From Candidatus Fermentibacterota bacterium (GTDB lineage Bacteria; Fermentibacterota; Fermentibacteria; Fermentibacterales; JCC-6), in contig JAUVIR010000003.1 in the NCBI GenBank assembly GCA_030592645.1, positions 9,279 to 73,278 on the forward strand: a stretch of 64,000 nt of DNA. Direction: 5' to 3'. The notes below the pieces were generated by a model. It made no database searches. It saw nothing but the letters and a program-made list of their open reading frames with translations, and had not been told where the DNA came from. Position 1 is the first letter of the stretch. Every line of letters starts with the position of its first letter. Below, one piece after another: positions 59,601 through 64,000 of the stretch. The translations under genes and the position numbers were made by a program.

Positions 59601-60770
59601 AATCTCCTGTATTTTATTAGTATCCCAAGCGTAGGCTGTTACATCAATACGATACGGACCATCACGTGTTACCATATCCAGAGGATGATATGATTCACCG
59701 GTTCCTTCTGCATTAAGCGCAGTGTTCCAGCAGCTTTCCTCTATATTGTTAATGCCATCCCAGTCCACGGCGTCGCCGCAGTTGGTGATACATACTGCAT
59801 CACCATAACTTACTGGAGGATCTGGAAATAACTCATCCAGCTTGTAAAATCTGAAGTAAAACTGCTGATACTTCTCATAATCGTCCATAGCCCCTACGTT
59901 TCCCTCAAAGCTTACAACACGTCGATTGAAGACTATTTCATCAGCATCGGTAGTCTTCCCCAGTTTTACACAATCCCATTCAATTCTATAGGGTGCAACA
60001 GGATTCGCAGCCGGATCTTGCGTTCCAACCTCTCCACTTGTAATTAGTGAAAAACCCTGAATAATATCAACAGAACCTTGAAGCTCATCCGCTGATAGAG
60101 TATCTCCATAAAAGTCATCGATGATGCCCCAGGCATCCCATTCTGCAATCGGTAAGTCTGCAAGGAAATAGCACCAGGGATGTTCACTCGTACCAGGCTG
60201 TGGTATGAAGTGCCAGAAAGAAGCCTCTAAAGGAGGTAGAAGCCATTCAAGAGGATTGCCTAATCCTTCAGGTGCACCGCTTGCTTCAGTCCATTCAGGA
60301 TATGACCTCTGGAAATGAAGGTGAGGGGTGTAATCAGTCATACTTTCCTGAAAAACCCCACCTATTTCAGCATCAGCATCGATAGGATTACCTTCGGTAA
60401 TATTTGGTCGTAGATCCTCTATATGTAAATATGCCCAGCCTTCATCCGCGATCAGTGTTTCGCAGATAATGACTAACCACTGCCCTGGTTGATCGGGAAT
60501 TTGCATTACCTCGGTAATCCAACCTTGCTCTACTGCATAAACTATCTCCTCATCACCAGGATTAGTCTGATCTGTCAGATGAAGATCAATTCCAGAGTGG
60601 AAATTACCATATTCATTTGAAGGGGATGCATCTTCCCATGCAATGTTAGCGTGACCATAATCTCCATCAATCTTATGCGTTTGATCGAACGGTACCAGTG
60701 GCCAGCCAATACTCATAGAAACACTCGTAATTATCAATAGAGATGCTAATAGAATTCTCATTCTACTCAC
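56607..60770 (-). CDS. Large secreted protein: M23 peptidase-like domain, FG-GAP propeller, Fn3-like domain, FlgD-Ig/T9SS-type CTD
   Basis: Signal peptide; FHSGIDL, VYAV, YLHI, PHLHF; DLDGDGDLD-type repeats with PGWPV/PGFPV; PSPPTNL..LTW; IYDVSGR..WDG..NGVY. Confidence 0.85.
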   Translation of the reverse strand: MSRMRILLASLLIITSVSMSIGWPLVPFDQTHKIDGDYGHANIAWEDASPSNEYGNFHSGIDLHLTDQTNPGDEEIVYAVEQGWITEVMQIPDQPGQWLVIICETLIADEGWAYLHIEDLRPNITEGNPIDADAEIGGVFQESMTDYTPHLHFQRSYPEWTEASGAPEGLGNPLEWLLPPLEASFWHFIPQPGTSEHPWCYFLADLPIAEWDAWGIIDDFYGDTLSADELQGSVDIIQGFSLITSGEVGTQDPAANPVAPYRIEWDCVKLGKTTDADEIVFNRRVVSFEGNVGAMDDYEKYQQFYFRFYKLDELFPDPPVSYGDAVCITNCGDAVDWDGINNIEESCWNTALNAEGTGESYHPLDMVTRDGPYRIDVTAYAWDTNKIQEISIDCELHNTKEIAQEVHLTDAVTDQDIWHAEWVATYPTEGFAPYKSIYTNTTFQPGSTMDIEIIYSGPMSTTVTSNVRFTKPDEPYLTATPSTPEWTSTNQPDGYFDTWHGTVDVPVEGYSGWLTMEIKAKDISDIGLLDPSIADPDPPSGPGDDEYTDDHHGFGIAFGIQPGWPVTLHDNVLGSPVLADLDGDGDLDVVIQSRDGFVHILDDDGSSLNSNWPMQSGGWGSINVYACPSIVDLDGDGDLDVLSVYDYGCNARDVATGSDLNEFPSDWPVEMGDPPMIPGYYPSKSSPAIGDVDGDGYPEMVLCRHLSGSVSLDATVYLYEHTGGLRTWARNLEPGLGGSSVASTPAISGSEIVVCTVEGWATGDSGGSKSLNSAVYLLDAADGSDVVPPAYYNCWFWASPVVADIDNDGVNEIIIGTGIAGTSNRKVLVLNGNTLDEEHVWNVGSMVRNPVAIGDMNDDGILDVVAVDNSGTVNCWSGEDFSGGSQYDPLPGFPVTVEGVPAAPSIADIDGDSDLEIIVGTGDGYLYAINSDGSICSGYPVVCGSGIYGQVAIGNIDDDNSLEMILADDIDPLIYCYDLGAGTFPAEMPWRQFQHDSWHTGCFEADNTIPSPPTNLQGEHTDGTVLLTWDLSVNDFYSQNPEEPTDVIYYEIWRGFPPYSLPFICGRVHAGVTTYTDDYGTVGYPRVKYELTAHDGTNRSDLSNAVHLHTEVLDVISLGCSVVEEFSAARVITTILQASGMQASEPEITEESSHVGIASAQERTTETLPTAADYAVPSTGNPGCLTDGSVEVCYSPSPGADVVVIDLGEECTVTSIMSDRVSIISSDASARTDESIRVLEAASVVELSLQIEVAGSDRIFYPFTTDSRSSTQAVRYIRICGASGLSEISVYGSRGVLDTVSSVEITRSDENEGWMFAIPVAERSEEAEIRIYDVSGRMIWSGYSESGSVLHWDGYTGDRTPVPNGVYLLQCSIGSQVSTGSFVVRRD
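58848..59033 (+). repeat. Exact 30-bp intragenic direct repeat
   Basis: AACATCAAGATCACCGTCACCATCAAGATC at 58848-58877 and 59004-59033, encoding DLDGDGDLDV on the minus strand. Confidence 0.9.
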
Positions 60771-62055
60771 CTCTATTAATACGATTTACTATCAGTGGAA
60801 TGCTCTGTTGATTGTAGTAAATAGATGAATATGATACAGCAAATGATCCATTTAACGATAGTATAGCTGTATTCCTTGTGGTATCAATAATAATAGGATC
60901 TGATTCATCGATACTGTATAGATGCATTTCATATACTGCAGGAGTCCCCGAACCACTGCTACAAATCATCAGCACTGCTATCAACTGAGCGGAGTTGTCA
61001 CAATTAGTGAAGGAGTTATTTCTGAAATCTTCTATGAGTTCAATTGACCATACCTCACTCAGATTCTCACAATCAAATATCAAAGGTCGCTCATAACCAC
61101 CGATACACAGATATCTCTCATTTGGAGTAACACAGAGATAATGTCCCATGATATCATCTTCAAACTGATAGAGAAGTTCCCCTGTTACTCCATCCAGAAG
61201 AAATAGTCCGGGATGCGGAGAAGGATACTGAGCATATGCAATATATTTGCCGTTGGCTGATACAGCTGGAGGGGTATTAGACGGGTGCGTACTGGTTTCA
61301 AATCTGCTTCTTATGTTCCCATTTCTGTCCAGTATCCATAATATTCCACCCTCTTCTGGGTATTCAGTTGAATCCGTTGGAAGGTATGATGCAGCTACTA
61401 TTGTATTGCCATCACTGCTTATTGCGTAGTTCCCTTGATTTGAGTATCCAATCTTGATTTCCTTGAAGGAACCATCAGGGTACAGAATACATACATTAGT
61501 AGCTCTAGAAGTTGCGGTAACTATTCCTTCTAATTGAACATCAGAACATGTTACTCCAATTGCCCCATCCCTTGAAAGTCTTATCTCTCTGTCAACCATC
61601 GCAAGCTGCCCGATTGCCTCACCAAAACGGTTAACAATGTATCCGGGTTCTGATCTGACATGTGTTGGCATATCGGGACTGTCATAAATAAAGGGTTCTC
61701 CTATCGGATTCACTATGAAGTTCTCACGCCAGTAATCCTCACCTGGTATAATCCAATCCGCTTCTATATGAACAGGATTGCCCTCTTCATCGAAGAACAG
61801 GTGAAGATCCTGGGCGATGACCGCCCTCACTCTGCAGTCCAGCCAGTACCTGTCCTCTTCCGGAATACTCTCATCACTTAAGATCTCATCAAGCCACGGC
61901 ATTGGATAGCCATCTCTTAAGGCAGCTTCGAGCTCTTCGGTGGTTTCAGCGCGGAATACTTCAACAATTTCAATACCTGAAGAACCGTAATCAGTATTAT
62001 CTGCAGCCATGATTGCTGCAACAACAAACATCAGCACCATTATCAATGCTCTCAT
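60763..62055 (-). CDS. Secreted protein with helical N-terminus and WD40/YVTN-like propeller C-terminus
   Basis: Signal peptide; LSRDG, ISSDGN, VSANGKY, VTPNERY, LSLNGS blade motifs; 8-bp overlap with the next gene. Confidence 0.8.
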   Translation of the reverse strand: MRALIMVLMFVVAAIMAADNTDYGSSGIEIVEVFRAETTEELEAALRDGYPMPWLDEILSDESIPEEDRYWLDCRVRAVIAQDLHLFFDEEGNPVHIEADWIIPGEDYWRENFIVNPIGEPFIYDSPDMPTHVRSEPGYIVNRFGEAIGQLAMVDREIRLSRDGAIGVTCSDVQLEGIVTATSRATNVCILYPDGSFKEIKIGYSNQGNYAISSDGNTIVAASYLPTDSTEYPEEGGILWILDRNGNIRSRFETSTHPSNTPPAVSANGKYIAYAQYPSPHPGLFLLDGVTGELLYQFEDDIMGHYLCVTPNERYLCIGGYERPLIFDCENLSEVWSIELIEDFRNNSFTNCDNSAQLIAVLMICSSGSGTPAVYEMHLYSIDESDPIIIDTTRNTAILSLNGSFAVSYSSIYYNQQSIPLIVNRINRGE

Positions 62056-62132
62056 TATTGACCCCTGTCTATGAGTTCATAAGGATTATCTCTTAACAAT
62101 TGATGGATATGGCGGAGGACGGATCGGTGAGT

Positions 62133-62162
62133 AATGTAGGGTTACCCCCCCCCCAGCTACAA
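62133..62162 (-). promoter_or_regulatory. Putative promoter with a G10 tract in the spacer
   Basis: Minus strand TTGTAG-CTGGGGGGGGGGTAACCC(18)-TACATT; C10 at 62145-62154 on plus. Confidence 0.45.
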
Positions 62163-62557
62163 TAAACAGCGCTTTCTTTGTATTGTGTTTCATTGAACCG
62201 GTTGGATTGTTTATCAGATAGATTGAAGTGATTTGTAGTGTCCGCAGATATTGAAGTTATTGTTTTGATCTGTTTCTGATTGAATCGTGAATACGAATCA
62301 GATATTTTCATTCAAGAATTATAATTAGCTGCTTCATTAAATCAAGTGCTCACAAAAGAACTATTATAGATGGTAGTAAACCTTCTGCAGAGTACTTGAA
62401 TGGAATTGGAAGTTCATTGTTGGTGTATGAAATGTTGTAGAATGATACTCTGACGTATCGAAGGTTGGCACATCTATCGTTTGCATATTCGAAGCGATTG
62501 GTCAATATCTATGTGTATAGTGCTGAAATTTACGTTCCACTGAGGCGGAGGGTTAAT

Positions 62558-63790
62558 ATGGGTAGTTTTTTATCGATTCTTCTGGCAACGGTACTGATGT
62601 CATTTCTAAGTACGTGTTCCTCAGCGGAAACACCTCGGATAACTGAACCGGATGTAAATGAGGAGGATCTCCGGGAGCTTTCATCAGGAAACAGTTCCTT
62701 TGCATTCGATCTATACAGAGCACTTGGAGAGGAAGAGGGCAACATCTTCTTTTCCCCCTACAGCATTTCAGCGGCACTTGCTATGACCTATGCCGGTGCA
62801 GAGGGTACTACTGAAGCGGATATGGCTGAAGTACTGAGATTCACACTTCCGGAGAATCGTCTTCATCCTGCTTTCAACCTCGCTGATCAGGGACTCACAG
62901 CATTGTCAGAAGAAGACAGCTCGTTCAGCCTCCACATAGTGAATGCTCTCTGGGGACAGACAGGATACGAGTTCCTGCCCGAATTCCTTGGTGTGCTTGC
63001 CGCAAATTATGGTGCAGATATGAGGCTCCTGGATTTCTCGGAAGATGCTGAACTCTGCCGCGAGATCATTAACGAATGGGTTGTGGAACAGACCGAAGGG
63101 GAAATCGAAAATCTTATTCCTCAGAATCTGCTTACAAGCGCCACAACACTTGTACTCACAAATGCCATCTATTTCAAAGCGCAGTGGCTCCTCCCATTCG
63201 ATGCAATGGGAACCCATGATCGGGATTTCACCCTGATAGATGGAGAACTGATCACGGTTAGAATGATGAATCAGGCTGAACATTTTCAGGTGGCAACCGG
63301 GGACGGTTACATGGCGGCCGAATTGCCGTACAGTAACAGAAGAGCATCCATGCTTGTTATCGTTCCTGATCAGAACTGCTTCTTTGAGGTTGAAGAACGC
63401 CTTGGGAACGTTTTTATCGCAGAGATCACGGACAATCTTACCGACGAAAACCTTCATCTCTGTATGCCGAAATTTGAAACAGTTTCCGCATTCCAGCTTG
63501 AAAATGTTCTCTCCGATATGGGTATGGCATCCGCTTTTGGGATGTCAGCCGATTTCTCAGGAATGGACGGGACTCTCTCACTCTACATAGCAAGTGTAAT
63601 TCACAAAGCCTTCGTCTGTGTAGACGAGAGCGGTACGGAAGCCGCGGCTGCGACTGCTGTTCTGATGCAGAAAGAGAATGGGGAATCATCGGTTGAATTC
63701 ATTGTAGACCGTCCCTTCATATACCTCATCAGAGACCGGGGCACAGGTACGATACTCTTTATCGGCCGCATTCAAAATCCCCTTGAATAG
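62558..63790 (+). CDS. Serpin (secreted, possibly lipoprotein)
   Basis: NIFFSPYSIS, INEWV, LVLTNAIYFKAQW, PKF, VDESGTEAAAAT, DRPFIYLI; start after CGGAGG; LSTC possible lipobox. Confidence 0.96.
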   Translation: MGSFLSILLATVLMSFLSTCSSAETPRITEPDVNEEDLRELSSGNSSFAFDLYRALGEEEGNIFFSPYSISAALAMTYAGAEGTTEADMAEVLRFTLPENRLHPAFNLADQGLTALSEEDSSFSLHIVNALWGQTGYEFLPEFLGVLAANYGADMRLLDFSEDAELCREIINEWVVEQTEGEIENLIPQNLLTSATTLVLTNAIYFKAQWLLPFDAMGTHDRDFTLIDGELITVRMMNQAEHFQVATGDGYMAAELPYSNRRASMLVIVPDQNCFFEVEERLGNVFIAEITDNLTDENLHLCMPKFETVSAFQLENVLSDMGMASAFGMSADFSGMDGTLSLYIASVIHKAFVCVDESGTEAAAATAVLMQKENGESSVEFIVDRPFIYLIRDRGTGTILFIGRIQNPLE

Positions 63791-63869
63791 GATTGCGGGG
63801 ACGGAACAATCACGATTCTGCGGCATTTGACACCCGATATGACACTAGTATTTTTCTTGCATGTTTAAA

Positions 63870-64000
63870 ATGTCTGCTGATTCAATTCTGCGTAGAGAAC
63901 CGGTTATTCTACTGGCAATTCTGCTGCTCGCTGTTATTCTGCGACTCCCTGTACTTGTGCGGAATCCCATTCCTGCGGGGGACGGTGTAGCATCCAACCT
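63870..64000 (+). CDS. Membrane protein N-terminus, probable GT-C/ArnT-type glycosyltransferase, partial
   Basis: Manual translation MSADSILRREPVILLAILLLAVILRLPVLVRNPIPAGDGVASN..., open to window end; TM helix-LR followed by GD loop. Confidence 0.55.
   Translation, partial: MSADSILRREPVILLAILLLAVILRLPVLVRNPIPAGDGVASN

Noticed and set aside
62110-62123. Minus-strand TCCGTCCTCCGCCA resembling a tRNA-Ser 3' end upstream of the third AT-rich region
   Set aside because: Only 14 nt, no T-loop and no second copy seen; could be chance, though worth comparing with the genome's tRNA-Ser genes.
62093-62311. 72-aa ORF spanning the G10 tract
   Set aside because: No clear RBS or motif; composition looks like translated AT-rich intergenic DNA.
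62448-62464. CTCTGACGTATCGAAGG as a degenerate copy of the REP-like element at 9380
   Set aside because: Too short and degenerate to support.
63793-63990. 65-aa ORF from the track
   Set aside because: A different frame from 63861/63870 gives a more plausible membrane-protein N-terminus running off the window.
1-64000. Prophage, IS transposase, integrase, rRNA, riboswitch or recognised defence system
   Set aside because: No supporting motifs seen in the ORF track or intergenic regions by eye; covariance-model and HMM searches were not possible.

Overview
Bacterial chromosomal window, about 50% GC in core genes by eye, standard genetic code, from a diderm and probably anaerobic organism. Four proteins with T9SS/FlgD-Ig-type C-terminal domains, two PorZ-like proteins and a C-terminal TWGxIK-type motif suggest an FCB-group candidate lineage such as Ca. 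Fermentibacterota (inference only). Contents in order: partial TPR gene, uppP, aspartokinase, GT4; a TetR/LolA-like/2 permease/ABC ATPase/barrel module; an AT-rich stretch where single secreted-protein genes are bracketed by three direct copies of a tRNA 3' end (no intact tRNA or integrase in the window); an FG-GAP protein, YjbH-like barrel and diguanylate cyclase; a TetR-RND operon continuing into a HAD phosphatase and a degenerate DEDDh/GIY-YIG fusion; CCA-adding enzyme; a second AT-rich gene pair (one with a single in-frame TGA); an ~18 kb glycan locus with two PorZ-like paralogs and a FemAB/VimA-like GNAT; adenosine deaminase and XdhC; a REPIN-like palindrome; a PerR-controlled oxidative-stress operon; a third AT-rich region (M23/FG-GAP giant protein, beta-rich partner, G10 tract in a putative promoter spacer); a serpin; and a partial GT-C gene. 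Best candidates for undescribed systems are the tRNA-end-delimited cassette array and the PorZ-glycan locus as a putative anchoring pathway for secreted proteins. All calls come from motif reading by eye; no searches were run. Several starts were moved from the ORF track using RBS position and stop/start overlaps.
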